From Octopus sinensis (Eukaryota), in assembly GCF_006345805.1 (NCBI RefSeq), contig NC_043010.1, positions 31,434,001 through 31,498,000 of the forward strand: a stretch of 64,000 bases of DNA, in the 5' to 3' direction. Of this stretch, positions 1 to 12,102 are shown in pieces. The first letter of the stretch is position 1, and each line of letters opens with the position of its first letter. The translations under genes and the position numbers were made by a program. Under the pieces are notes generated by a model. That model did not search any database. It saw only the letters and a program-made list of their open reading frames with translations, and was not told where the DNA came from.

Positions 1-285
1 ACTTGGTATAAAATGCATCAGGTATTGTGTGCAAGAGAGAAGACTGCACTGCTTTAGTCGTGTGATGTATATGAATGAGGACAGCTGCATAAAGAAGTGC
101 CAAGCTCTAGTTGTGGAGGGTGCCTGTGGAAGGGGTAGACTCAGGAATACATGGAATGAAGCGGTGAGAAAGGATCCAGCCACAGAAATCATGCCACAAC
201 AGACAATTGGAGTCTGGACAGCTCTGTGTCAAACTATCCAACCCATGCCAGCATGGAAAGCGAATGTTAAAAGATGATGATGATA
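1..285 (+). mobile_element. RTE LINE 3' end fragment
   Basis: MNEDSCIKKCQALVVEGACGRGR C-terminal motif shared with other RTE copies here; ends in the gcatggaaagc...(gat)n tail. Confidence 0.8.
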
Positions 286-688
286 GCTGTGACTGTGTGG
301 TTGAGAAGTTCACTTCCCAACCATGTGGTTTTGGATTTTGTTTCTCAATACAAATACTTGAAAATATGAATATCAATGAAGATGAAAAATTCCAGCCAAT
401 TTGTTCCAATAATACCATACAAATCAAGAAAATACCTTAAGTCCTATCTTGCTGATAGTAAAAAAGACTTGCAAAGCTTCAAAACATCTGACAATCAAAT
501 ATTTCAATGTTAACAAGGTTTGCCTTCTTCAGGGCTTATACACAGAGCATTCTTTTCTATGGAACTGAAATCTGAACTATAAAGAGAAAACTTCAAAATC
601 AACTTGCTGGTATATGCTACAGACTCCTCGTGTGAACTCAAAACATATCATGGTTTGAGCACAAGTCCAAAGAAAAGATTTAAGAATA

Positions 689-1941
689 CAAGGGGCATTC
701 ATTAAAGATTTCCACTGACCCACTTCCCAAAGTCTGAGATAAACAAAACTTGGCATAATTATTAGTTCTTCTCTACATAGCCACCACCAATGGTGACACA
801 CTTCTCCCATCACTTTATGCAGCTGTGAAGACCTTGTCTGTAGAAGTCGGTAGGTTGCGTCTGGAGCTAAGACTTTACCTTGGAAATAAGTGCATCCCCT
901 TCAAAAAAGACTTCATGGTTGGAAAGAGGTGGAAGTCAGATGATGCAAGGTTGGGAGAGTAAGAGGGATGAGGAAGGATTTCATAGCCACAGGAGTGTAC
1001 TTTCATCTAGGCAACACGTGAATTTTGAACTGGGGGCGTTGCCTCGGAGGAGGCAGACTCCTTTAGTCAGCATGCCATGCCTCTTTACTCTGACTGCATC
1101 CCACAATTTTTGCAGCAGGGAAGCATAATATGCACTGTTAATTATGGTGCCCTTTGCCAGAAAACCCATCACTACTACTCCATGCTGGTCCCAAAACACT
1201 GTGAGCATCACCTTGATTGCTGAGGGTTGGACATGTGCCTTCTTTGGAAGGTGGTGAGTTATCATGCTTCCATTGCTTTGACTGGACTTTAGTCTCAGGA
1301 CCATAGTGATGGACTGTGTGATAATTCTGCTGCAAAAATCCTCCTCATTTTCTTGGCACATTGCCAAAAGTGCCTGAGAGAAAATGATTCATTCCTGCTT
1401 CTGAAAAAGTGTGAGCATCTGAGGAACCCATCGCACAGACAACTTCCAAATATGCAATGGTTATGAATGATTTTTTTCATGGACCCTACACTTATCTTCA
1501 CTTCTAGGGCTAGTTGCTGAATAATTATGCGGTGATCCTCCAAAATAGCATTTTCCACTTAATGGATGGTGTCGTCATCAAAGGTGGAATGTGGTCATCC
1601 AGGAATAGGAGCAGCTTCCACCGATGTTCAACCACATTTGAACTAGCGATGCTAATAATTGACTACGTCTTAAGATGGTGCATTGTCACCATACACTTCT
1701 CACATCTCATTGATAGTCTCTTTTGGTGTACGACCTTTCAAGTATAAGAACCTGATCACTGATCTGCATTCAACTGCATCCATTATAACACCTTAGTCCA
1801 CTTTATCAGCCATAAAAGACAAATAAATACTAGTGGAAAGCTACAATTTACAATGTGATATGTATGATTATACCTGTGCAAGTTCCATTTCCTGCAATAA
1901 CTGGAAGTGGGCAGGGGGAAATCTTTAATGAACACCCCTTG
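689..1941 (-). mobile_element. Full-length degenerate mariner (Tc1/mariner) transposon, ~1.25 kb
   Basis: TIRs CAAGGGGC/TRTTCATTAAAGATTTCC at both ends, each flanked by TA (687-688, 1942-1943); broken transposase KVMLTVFWDQHGVV...YYASLLQKL. Confidence 0.9.
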
Positions 1942-2024
1942 TACATTCCACTCATCTCTAGTATTATTTCTCAAGGTAGGATAGGCTATGCTGGCTACAG
2001 CTATCATACTGAACAACAGGCCAT

Positions 2025-2280
2025 ATCATCATCATCATCATCATCATCATCATCGTTTAACGTCCGTTTTCCGCGCTAGCACGGGTTGGACGGTTTCGAC
2101 CGGGGTCTGGGGAGCTCGGGACTGCCCCAGGCTCCAGTCTAGTCTGGCAGTGTTTCTACAGCTGGATGCCCTTCCTAACGCCAACCACTCCGCGAGTGTA
2201 GTGGGTGTTTTTTACGTGCCACCTGCACAGGTGCCAGAGGGGTCTGGCATCGGCCACGTTCGGATGGTGCTTTTTATGTG
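2025..2280 (-). mobile_element. RTE 3' tail / SINE-like fragment
   Basis: (atc)n + cgtttaacgtccg...gggttggacgg tail shared with RTE copies; cut abruptly at 2280. Confidence 0.8.
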
Positions 2281-2494
2281 GGGGGGGGGAATATAGGGGA
2301 GCACCAGTGGGGAGGGGTGGTTCAGAGAAATGATGACAGGTTCTAGGCAAGTAGAACGTAGGATATCAAGAGAGGGGTAATGCATGGTGAAATAGCGTAT
2401 TGAAGAGGGGGGTTCGAAGTGTAGACACCTATAATGGTGGTGGGAGAAGCGACATCCGGTATAGATGGAGCAAAAATATAGAGATATCCGGTAT

Positions 2495-2600
2495 TGGTGT
2501 TGGTGGTGGTGGTGGTGGTGTTGGTGGTGGTGGTGGTGTTGGTGGTGTTGGTGGTGTGGTTGGTGGTGGTGGTGGTGTTGGTGGTGGTGGTGGTGGTGGG
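2495..2600. repeat. (GGT)n microsatellite
   Basis: Directly visible GGT/TGT triplet run. Confidence 0.95.
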
Positions 2601-2621
2601 GGTGGGCAAGGGCGGGTGCAC

Positions 2622-2803
2622 CGGGAATATGACGGGCTGGCTTCAAAATGCTCTTAGCAAAGGAAGAGGGGGGATGGCAGACAACGTGAAAGAGGGAGAG
2701 AGAGAAGGAAATAGTGGAACCCCGCGAAAATGGGCCGCCATTGAAAAAAAAACCCCTGTATGGAGAAATAATATGCAATACAAGGCGAAGCTGAAAATAG
2801 TAA

Positions 2804-2839
<36 letters not shown>

Positions 2840-3151
2840 GCAAATTTTCGACCGAGGATCAAAGGGACAATACTACTACTAATAATAGTAATAATAATAA
2901 TAATAAACAGCTCAACCACAACATTAGATTAGAAAGACTCTCTTATCTTGGGAACATTTCGTTCTTCGGCCTGACACGGGAATATGACGGGCTGGCTTCA
3001 AAATGCTCTTAGCAAAGGAAGAGGGGGGATGGCAGACAACGTGAAGAGGGAGAGAGAGAAGGGAAATAGTGGACCCCGCGAAAATGGCCGCCATTGAAAA
3101 AAACCCCTGTATGGAGAAATAATATGCAATACAAGGCGAAGCTGAAAATAG

Positions 3152-3187
<36 letters not shown>

Positions 3188-3250
3188 GCAAATTTTCGAC
3201 CGAGGATCAAAGGGACAATACTAATACTACTAATAATAGTAATAATAAAT
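2622..3250. repeat. Direct duplication of a ~280-bp unit (2622-2907 and 2977-3250)
   Basis: Both copies begin cgggaatatgacgggctggcttcaaaatgc and end in (aat)n. Confidence 0.95.
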
Positions 3251-3560
3251 AATCAGATGTTATATTTTGGAGACTTCTGCACCCTAAGAGAATTTGGTAT
3301 CAAGATCCATCATTGCCTTCCACAAGTTAAGCACCTATTACTATCCATCACACCCTCACCACTATTCCCCTAGTACTGGTTTCATAATAAAATTTATGCC
3401 GTACATTCTGGCAAGTGGTTGGTATTAGAAAGAACATCCAGCCACAGAAACCAAACCAAAAATGAAGCTTATAAGGAAGAATGAATATTGTGTCTCTATT
3501 CTATCAATATACATATATATACACATCTAACTTCAATTATTCTGTGAGATATATATATAT

Positions 3561-3702
3561 ATAATTAAGGGTTTAGCAACAAGTTGTTTCACCACATACC
3601 GAAAATTTAGAAATAGCAGCCAAAAGACAGCTAAGTCTTTTGGCTGTTATTTCTAAATTTTTGGTATGTGGTGAAGCAACTTGTTGCTAAACCCTTAATT
3701 AT
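3561..3702. mobile_element. Palindromic MITE (68-bp arms, 6-nt loop), TTAA-flanked
   Basis: Arms 3561-3628 and 3635-3702 are reverse complements with 3 mismatches; ttaa|GGG...CCC|ttaa termini are consistent with Kolobok-type rather than piggyBac-type ends (inference). Confidence 0.7.
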
Positions 3703-3777
3703 ATTTATAATTATATTTGTTTTGTTTTTCCAGTTTCAGCTCTTGAGCTGTGGCCATGCTGGGGCACCGCCATTGTG

Positions 3778-3938
3778 GTGAATGAGTACAGCAGGGATCA
3801 CCACCCCCTGCCGGAGCCTCGTAGAGCTTTTAGGTGTTTTCGCTCAATAAACACACACAACGCCCAGTCTGAGAATCGAAACCGCGATCCTGCGACCGCG
3901 AGTCCGCTGCCCTAACCACTAGGCCATTGCGCCTCTAC
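3778..3938 (-). mobile_element. tRNA-derived SINE, 5' part
   Basis: Minus strand reads tggcctagtggttagggcagcggactcgcggtcgcaggatcgcggtttcgattc (Pol III A and B boxes); same family at 21626-21903. Confidence 0.85.
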
Positions 3939-4634
3939 ATGAAAAACTTTTTGTACAAGTTTTTACCAATAATGGTTTTTTCCATACCGAAACTACTTGG
4001 TAAAATTTATTAATTATTAAATTAATAATTCTTTACCATATATATATATTAAAAGTGGGGAAGGCCGGTTTATGTGTGTGTTTATGGGAAGGCTGGTTTG
4101 TTTGTGTGTTTGTGTGTGTATACACACATATGCACACACAATGATCTTTTAGTTTCTGTCAGCCAAATTCATTCACAAAGTTTTGGTTGGCCTGAGACTA
4201 TAATAGTGCTATGCAGTGAAACTTAACCTACTGAATCAAAAACCATCTGGTAGGGAAGCAAACTTCTTAACCACATAGCTATGCCTGTGCCTATATTTAT
4301 ATAGGTACATGTGTTCCTGGCCTGACCGAATTTGGAATTTGGCAGACAGAAACTGAAAGAAGTCTATTGTGTGTGTGTGTATGTGTTCAACAGACTGGAG
4401 ATTATTACCCCTCTTGGTAACAAGAAGGAGCAGTGGTGATAGGAAGGGCATCCAACCAGAGAAACTCCGCACCAGTTTACTCTCGTCTGATTAATGCAAG
4501 CATGAAAAAGTAGATGCTAAAATAATGATGATACATACACACTACTTCACTATATTTGTATTCTGTCACTATATACACACATACTGTACAGTTAACAAGC
4601 ACACCAAGTACTGTATAGATACCAGTATACTCAC

Positions 4635-4773
4635 CACAATACGTTGCAAATTGTTGAGGATAATTTGGTGAGCGTTGGCAACACATCGGAACTGTTGAAA
4701 CACCAACTGTAGTAGCTGTAACAAGTAACGAGGCTGATGTTCATTAGCCAGGCTGTCACCTTTGTGACATGAG
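4635..4773 (-). CDS. EXOC4: EXOC4 exon 11 (SCHKGDSLANEHQPRYLLQLLQLVFQQFRCVANAHQIILNNLQRIV); later exons not found in this window
   Basis: ttttgcAG / GTGAGT; 139 nt; matches Sec8 [25 protein letters not shown]. Confidence 0.94.
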
Positions 4774-5098
4774 CTGCAAAATGGACAATTAAACATGTAA
4801 TAAGAAAATTTATTAGTAAACACTATAGCAGCTGTGTCACAATACATTCACTGCATCACAAGTGTCATACACAATGATCACCTCACTACGGGTATATCGT
4901 AGTCCTCACATATCAGTTGTATCAAATTTTTATAATTACCACACCACACTATACGTGTCCCACATATATCACAGTTGTATCAGACACACATCATCATCAT
5001 ACCCCAATACAAATGTGTGGGGCTGCAAATCAACAAATTTTTGCAATGTGTAAAATGTTTAGATTTTCTGCCTCACACAACACATTGCTGAAACTCAC

Positions 5099-5169
5099 CT
5101 CTCCACAATTTTTTCAGAAGCTCGAGACACAATGGCCATTAATTCTGGCTGTATTCTCATTTTGACTGC
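5099..5169 (-). CDS. EXOC4: EXOC4 exon 10 (AVKMRIQPELMAIVSRASEKIVE)
   Basis: cttgcAG / GTGAGT; 71 nt; matches Sec8 IIERLEQELKQIVKRSTTQV. Confidence 0.9.
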
Positions 5170-5314
5170 CTGCAAGATAACAGAAAGCAGTGACTGGTTA
5201 TAGGGCGAAGGGATGAAGAATAGAAAGAGAAAATTGGAGGGAGAGAGAGATGAGAAAGAGGGAAGAAGTGAGACAATGAGGAAGAGGGAAGAGATAAGGA
5301 ATGGTGGAGTATAC

Positions 5315-5499
5315 CTCAACAGCTTCTGGAAGTTTCTTGAGAAGGAACAATGACTCTACTAATATAGCAATGAAGTGACTTAAATTTTCCTCAGGATCAG
5401 AGTTCAGGTCTTCCGCAATTTCACCATTCTTCTCCCCACCTGTGACAGACAAGGTTGGTGATGAAGATGGACTGCCACTCACATCTTTCAACAAAGTTC
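5315..5499 (-). CDS. EXOC4: EXOC4 exon 9 (TLLKDV...EDLNSDPEENLSHFIAILVESLFLLKKLPEAVE)
   Basis: gtttcAG / GTATAC; 185 nt; matches Sec8 [30 protein letters not shown]. Confidence 0.94.
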
Positions 5500-5754
5500 C
5501 TGAAACAAGAGGAAGGTAGTGCAGTGGTTGTGTGATAAGCAATGTTGTATTACTAACCATGTGAATTTCAAAGCTAGGTTCCTTTCTAAAAGTAAAAGGA
5601 TATTATTGAACCATTTACAGGTACCATAAAGAAAGACACAGTCTATCTAGCTATAAGTAGATACAACAGGATGGTACAAATTCCCACAATAAAAAGTTGG
5701 CATATGGTACCATGAATTATATAGCTCTGTGTTACCTACTCATGGCTAGACTCA

Positions 5755-8700
5755 TCATCATTTAATGTCTGTTTTCCATGCTGGCATGGGTTAGACAGTT
5801 TGACTAAAAACTGGTAAGCTGGGGGGAGGGGGGCTGCACCAGGTTCCAATCTGATTTGGCATGATTTCTATAGCCGGATGCCCTTCCTAATGCCAACCAC
5901 TCCAAAAGTGTAGTGGGTGATTTTTATGTGCCAGTTATGTAACACCGGCATCAGCCATGACTATGACCTCACTTGATTTAACAGGTCTTCTCAAGTACAG
6001 CATATCGCCAAAGGTCATGGTCACTTGTCATTACCTCCACAAGGCCCAACATTCGAAGATCATTCTTCACCACCTCGTCCCATGTCTTCCTGGGTTTGCC
6101 TCTTCTACAGGTTCCTTCCACCATTAGAGATTGGCACTTCTTCACACAGCTGTCCTTGTCCATAGCCATCACATGACCATACCAGCACAGTCATCTCTCT
6201 CTTGCTTACCACACCTGAGGCCTCTTGTGCCCAACTTTTCTCTCAAGATGCTTACACTCTATCGCGTATGCACACTACATTGTACATCCAGCAAAGCATA
6301 CTAGCTTCATTTCTTTCAAGCCTACACATGCCCTCAGCAGTCATGGTCCATGTTTCACTGCCATGTAGCATGGCTGTTAATACACAGGCATCATACAATC
6401 TGCCTTTCACTCTGAGGGAGAGGCCCTTTGTTACCAGGAGCTCTCTGAACTTTGCCCAGCCTATTCTTATTCTAGCATCCACCTCTGCTACTGACTTGGT
6501 TGCCTAGGAATGGAAGCTATCAACTACTAGTTTTTCCCCTGGCATTTGATGGAGTATATTTTCTGAACATTTTTAGTGTTAATTGTATTTGTGCACCTTC
6601 CACACACAAAAACTATTTTCCCTATTAACCTTCCTCTTATACTGTTGCATCTCTTATATATCCATAGCTTGCACCAGGTACATCTTATGGAGTTTCTACC
6701 TGCACCTTTTCTACAGATCGAGCAGCACTGTCTACCTGAAGGGAGTTGTGATTTGTCTACTTTCCTGCTTATAACGAGTTTGGTTTTTGCAAGATTAACT
6801 CCTAAGGCCCTTTGATTCTAGACCTTGCTTCCACACCTGAAATTTCTTCTCTAGCTCAGGTAGTGATTCAGCTATAAGAACCAGGTCATCAGCATAGAAG
6901 AGCTCTCAGGGGCAGCCCATCTTAAATTCCTTTGTTATTGCCTGGTGGACTATGATGAACAGGGGCTAAGGACCGATTCTTGATGAACCCCTACTTGTAC
7001 ACTGCATTCCTCACTATATTTGTTACTAACCTTCACTTTACTAACAGTATCCCTGTACATGGCTTGTACAGCTCTCACCAACTACTCATCTATCCCTAGC
7101 TTCTGCATTGACCACCAGATAAGAGAGTGGGAGTCTCTATCAAGAGTTTTCTCCATGTCAACAAAAGCCGGGTACAAGGATTTATTTCTGGCTAGATATT
7201 TCTCCTGCAGTTGTCTAACCAGGAATATAGCTTCAGTCGTACTCCTGCCTGGCACAAATATGAACTGCATCTCATCTAAGCTAACTCTCTTCCTAATTAA
7301 TTGAGCTATGACCCTTTCTGTAACTTTCATCATCTGGTCCAGCAATTTGATGCCTCTGTAATTACTCCTGTGTAAGGCATCACCTCTGCCTTTGTAGCAG
7401 CTGACTATAATGCAGCTACACTGATTGTTGGGTATGACTCCCTGTGGACAACTTGATTAACTATACGGGTGACTAAGCCATATCCTACTCTGCAAGATAT
7501 TTTAAGTATCGTAGCAGAGATTCCTGGCGGGCCTGGAGCTTTTCCTGTCTTCATATCCTTAATTGCTTTATCTACCAAGCTACTGTCAATTTGGATAGCT
7601 GGTTTCTCAGATGGGTCAACATTTGGCAGACTCACCTTCTCCCATTTATTCCCCATATTTAGAAGCCTTTCATAATGGCATTTCCTAACCACTTTCTTAG
7701 CAGAATCATTAAATCCAAGTGCACCATCATCCATGCGGACACATTTCCTTCCTACGGCATCATGGTTTTCTCTCACATGCTGAAACGCTTCAAGTCTCTC
7801 ATCCTTACGTCACAGTACATTGGCAAACTCATTTTTTTTCTGCTTCTCCCCTGGCTAAGTATACCTATCTCCTAGCTTCCCTTCTGGCTATCTGATACAG
7901 TTCCCTGCTACCACCACACTTCCAGGCCTGTTTCTTTTTTTCTAATGACCCTGTTAACTTCCATGTCACCTTAGGTTTCGAAGGGACTTTGCACCAGCCA
8001 CAGATTTGGTCAGTAGCCCTCAACAGATTTTCCAGTAGGAACCTCCAATTGTCCTCAACATTATATGTCATTATATCCTCCTCTTTTTTGTTAAATGTCT
8101 CAAGTAACACATCTCTAAATCTCTGTCGACTAAGAGGATCCTTAAGCTTCCAGACTCTTCTTTTCCACACTGGGAAATTTTTGGCGTTTATAAGCAACCA
8201 TATTTCTCATTTTCTGGTGAGAATGTAGTCAATCTGACTAGTGTGCCCACCAGACTGGTAAGTGAACAGGTAACTGACCGGTTTCCTGAAGTTAGTATTG
8301 CGGATCATAAGGTTATTTGCATCACAGGACTCCAGCAGCCTGTTTCCCTCCTCATTATGGGAACTAAATCTGTTGCCACCATGCACACCATGGAAGCCAC
8401 CCAGATGTTTTCCAACATGCCCATTGAAGTCACTAGCCACAAACAGAAGGTCCCTGTCATTCGTTGATGAGGTAGTCTGTAGCAGAGTGTCATAAAATCA
8501 GTCTTTCTGTTCATCAGGTAGTCCTGGCTGAGGGGCATAAGTCGAGACAACGCTTGCTGTTCCATGTTGCAATACTAATCTAAGATTAAATATTCTATCA
8601 CAAACTCTGACTACCTCGATTACCTAATCAATCCATTTCTCAGCAAGGAGGATGCCTACACCCCCAACCCCATCACTGTTCCCTATCCAAAAAATTTTAT

Positions 8701-8850
8701 ACTTATGTTCTTTGCAACAAACATCTACATGCCTCCATACAAGCACCTCAACAATCTCTCCAGACCTACCTTTCAATGTGCCCACTTAAGTGTGCCAACT
8801 CTGAGGCTGTGGAAGGTGTGGGCCGGGGGAACACAGAGATGGGGGACAGC
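5755..8850 (-). mobile_element. Near full-length degenerate RTE LINE (APE endonuclease + RT) in an EXOC4 intron
   Basis: LRVGTL(N)VGTLKGRSGEIVE at ~8840, DFNGHVG, KTGKAPGP, QFxFVPGRSTTEAIFLVRQLQEKYL, YADD region, 3' tail at ~5760; many stops and frameshifts. Confidence 0.93.
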
Positions 8851-9551
8851 ATTTTGCATCTGGAAAGAAAGCTTGCATGTACATTTGGCAGATATCATAT
8901 AAGTACAAATAGGTTTCGACCTTTATTCGCTTCACATTTACCAAGTTTACCAAGAGATAGCCACTAGATGGAGATGAGAGTGGAGGGGGGGGGCTTCCGT
9001 ATAGTTCTCCGATAGAGGTACTAGGAGACAGACTTCTGGTAGAGGTTTGAGGAGAAAAGACTTCTGGTACAGGTGGTGGGGGTGGGTTGGGAGGGTGCAC
9101 TGCAAACAACCAAACATCATGGTTGCCCTATTCCCTAGATAAAGGCAATGTAAAATATCCACAAAATGAAAGCCACTATTTAACATATAGCATGGGAAAA
9201 AGCAAGGATACAGACATAATATGGGCAAGATAAAATAAAGTGAGAAACAAAATGAATGAAGAGAGAAAGAGATAAAATTTTTGAGAAGAGTACTAAAGGG
9301 AAACTAAACGATAGAGTGCTACATGTTCAAACTATCTAACTGTACCACATGCAACGCATCACAGCATGTATGATCCGCAGCCAGACAGTTATGGTATAAT
9401 TGGAAAACTATCGTTGATGTTCTGGTTATTTGGCTCCAGGTTTAGGGCTGCTATATCATTACTACCAACAATTACTGTTATTCACACACAGAGGAAAAAA
9501 AATAATAATAAATAAATAAAGAAACAAAGAAAGACAAGACAAATGACATAC

Positions 9552-9720
9552 TTGCCATTCCACCTGGTCTTCTATAGTTCCTGTCAGCAGGTGAATTGGT
9601 CTGTGGGGCTTGTTTAGAAGATCGCCCAGAGCCAGGCTTCTGGACATTTTTTGACACTTCACTGGTGGCACGGATATATATCTGACGATTTAACTCATCA
9701 ATCAGGACTTCATGCATTTG
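9552..9720 (-). CDS. EXOC4: EXOC4 exon 8 (QMHEVLIDELNRQIYIRATSEV...RRPGGMA)
   Basis: ttacctAG / GTATGT; 169 nt; matches Sec8 LHLVLIDELHRHLYIKSTS. Confidence 0.93.
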
Positions 9721-9959
9721 CTAGGTAAAATAGAAAGACAGTATATGTGTGTGTAAATAATATCTGACTATGATGGAACAAGAGAAACATTAAGTACACC
9801 AATACTGTTTGTATCAGTTCTTTCTTAATGCAAATTACCATGATAAACTTGAATGAAATGTATGTTTTCATGCACATGTGTATATATATGCTATGAATGA
9901 GTGATGCTAGAGCTGTGAAATCTTGTAGGCATAAATTTCAATGCGTCTTAATAATAATT

Positions 9960-11107
9960 GCATTGTTTCTTTCCAGATAAACTGACATTTGACTGTTCAA
10001 AGAAGACTTCAAACGTAACTAATAGCGATTTCTCTTGAAAATGCACAAAATTTGGCATTGCAGTGTTATCTGCAGTGTTACCTGCAGAAAAAGCCTTTAG
10101 TCCCTAACAACATTTATGCTGACATGGCTGCTACACTAGAGAATGACACTCTAGCTTTATCAACAGTACAAAAGTGGGCAGCTGAATTTAGGAGGGGAAG
10201 AGGAAGTCTTGAAGATGACCCAAGGTCTGAACGTTCTGTGACTGCCACCACCAAAGAAAACATTGATTGTGTTCACCACATGGGGATGGATGACAGGTGA
10301 TTCACTATAAATCAAATAGCCAATGCTACTTGCATATCCCATGAGAAAGTTGAGAATATTCTGCATAATGGACTTGGCATGATGACGGTTTCTGCTTGGT
10401 GGGTGCCACGTCTTCTGACACCTAATTAAAAGTGCACCAGGCTGATCACATCATGAGAAAATTTGACATTGTTTCAAGCTGATCCACCTGGCTTCTTTGA
10501 ATGTTTCCTAACCCAAGATGAGTGTTGGCTTCACCACTTTGAGCCAGAGACAAAGAGGCAATCCATGCAGTGGAAACACCCCTCCTCACCTGTACCAAAG
10601 AAGGCCACTCAGTGTTGGGGAATGCAAAAGATATTGTGTTTATTGACTATCTTTGAAAGGGCCACACCGTCAATGGAAAGTACTACACCAACTTGCTGAG
10701 AGAGTTACAAAAGGCTATCAAGACCAAATGTCCAGGAAAACTGACAAAAGGAGTCTTGTTTCATCAGGACAATGCTCCAGTAAACAAGTCCTTGCTTTGA
10801 ATGGCTGCTGTGTGACTATAGCTTTGAACTGGTTGATCAACCTCATTCTCCTGATTTGGCTCCATCTGACTATCATCTGCAGCCTCAACACGGAAAAACA
10901 TTCGGCTAGGAAGTAGTATGACAGTGATGATGTCATATATGCTGTTGAGGATTTTTTTGACCAACATGATGAAAACTTCTTCACAAAGAACTATAACACT
11001 GATGGGAGAAGTGTGCAGACCACAAGGGAGATTATGTTGAAAATAAACCTCATTTGGTCACATTCCATGAGAGTATCTTGATCAGCCTATGAACTTTTCA
11101 CTCAACC
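9960..11107 (+). mobile_element. Degenerate mariner transposon
   Basis: VQKWAAEFRRGRGSLEDDPRS, (W)VPRLLT, TQDECWLHHFEPETKRQSMQW, HQDNA, SPDLAPSDYHL; right TIR atcagcctatgaacttttcactcaacc at 11081-11107; left TIR not found. Confidence 0.9.
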
Positions 11108-12025
11108 TTTTGTTTTTTTTTTCAATTCCACTGTCATAAAACTTTTTGTGCATATCTAAAATGATCCTAGATGGCTTATGGAAAACTCATGCAGAACTTT
11201 GTTGTATATATCTTGGAGAATAATTTTTGTTTTTTTAGTATGTTTTGATGTTGAAGGTAGATTGAATTCTTCCAGAAGGATGTTCTGGGATATCTTGTTT
11301 AGTCATTCCCTGTGATTTGGAATAATTTCTCTCTCTCTCTTAGTTGATTAACATGTTTTATCCAGATTTGATTATCCACTTGAATTTCATAGTTAACTTT
11401 TTCTTGTCACTTTTTAACTATTCCAGGCAACATTCCTTTTAACTTGATGTACCCATACTGGCTGTTCAGGATGGAATTTGAAGTCAGAACATAAAGATGG
11501 ATGAAATGGTAAGCATTTTGGCCAGTGCAATAAAAGTTCTGTTAGCTGGCTGCCTTAGAAAGAATTAATGTTAGGTTGTCTTCCACTCTATTTTAGCATT
11601 TTTCTTGTCAAAATTGCCACGTCATTTGTCATATCTTATTTTTCTAGACTTCATTTTGCTTCATGTAAATGCCACTGATGTATGATGTATTTTCTCCTTT
11701 GTGTTGAGCACTTGTGACTAATAATAATAAGATTGGTAGATTAGAAAATGCTTTGCAATATTTATTTTGGCTCTTTACATTCTGAGGCCAACTTTACCCT
11801 TTGTCCTTCTGGGTTGATAATTTTGATTAACCAACTTCTCTCAAAGTTGCTGGCTTTATAACCTAAATTAGAAATCATCATTATTGCTTCAGAAACTATT
11901 TTAAACTAGCAATGAACCATACAAAAGAAAATTCCACTTAAGTTAAAGAGCCTGAAATTTTTGAAAAAGGTATATTATAAAGTTTAAATAAACTGAGGCC
12001 AAGGAAGAAAAAATACTATAGTTAC

Positions 12026-12102
12026 CTCTTTTCTTGCAATTAGATCCACTTTTAAATCCCTCAAAGCATTAACACCAGACAAACTGCCCTCCACTCTAGC
12101 CA
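12026..12102 (-). CDS. EXOC4: EXOC4 exon 7 (ARVEGSLSGVNALRDLKVDLIARKE)
   Basis: tatttcAG / GTAACT; 77 nt, phase 1 to 0; matches Sec8 LEGPLLQVEGLSDLRLEL. Confidence 0.9.

Noticed and set aside
290-680. Next EXOC4 exon (expected ...LYDMxDVWxKIQ...)
   Set aside because: No frame between plausible AG/GT sites resembled Sec8; the exon probably lies beyond the window start
2212-3012. 188-aa poly-His and 172-aa poly-Val ORFs
   Set aside because: Products of (GGT)n and (AAT)n repeats in a region that may be misassembled
3860-3938. tRNA gene
   Set aside because: A/B boxes run straight into a SINE body that is repeated at 21626-21903
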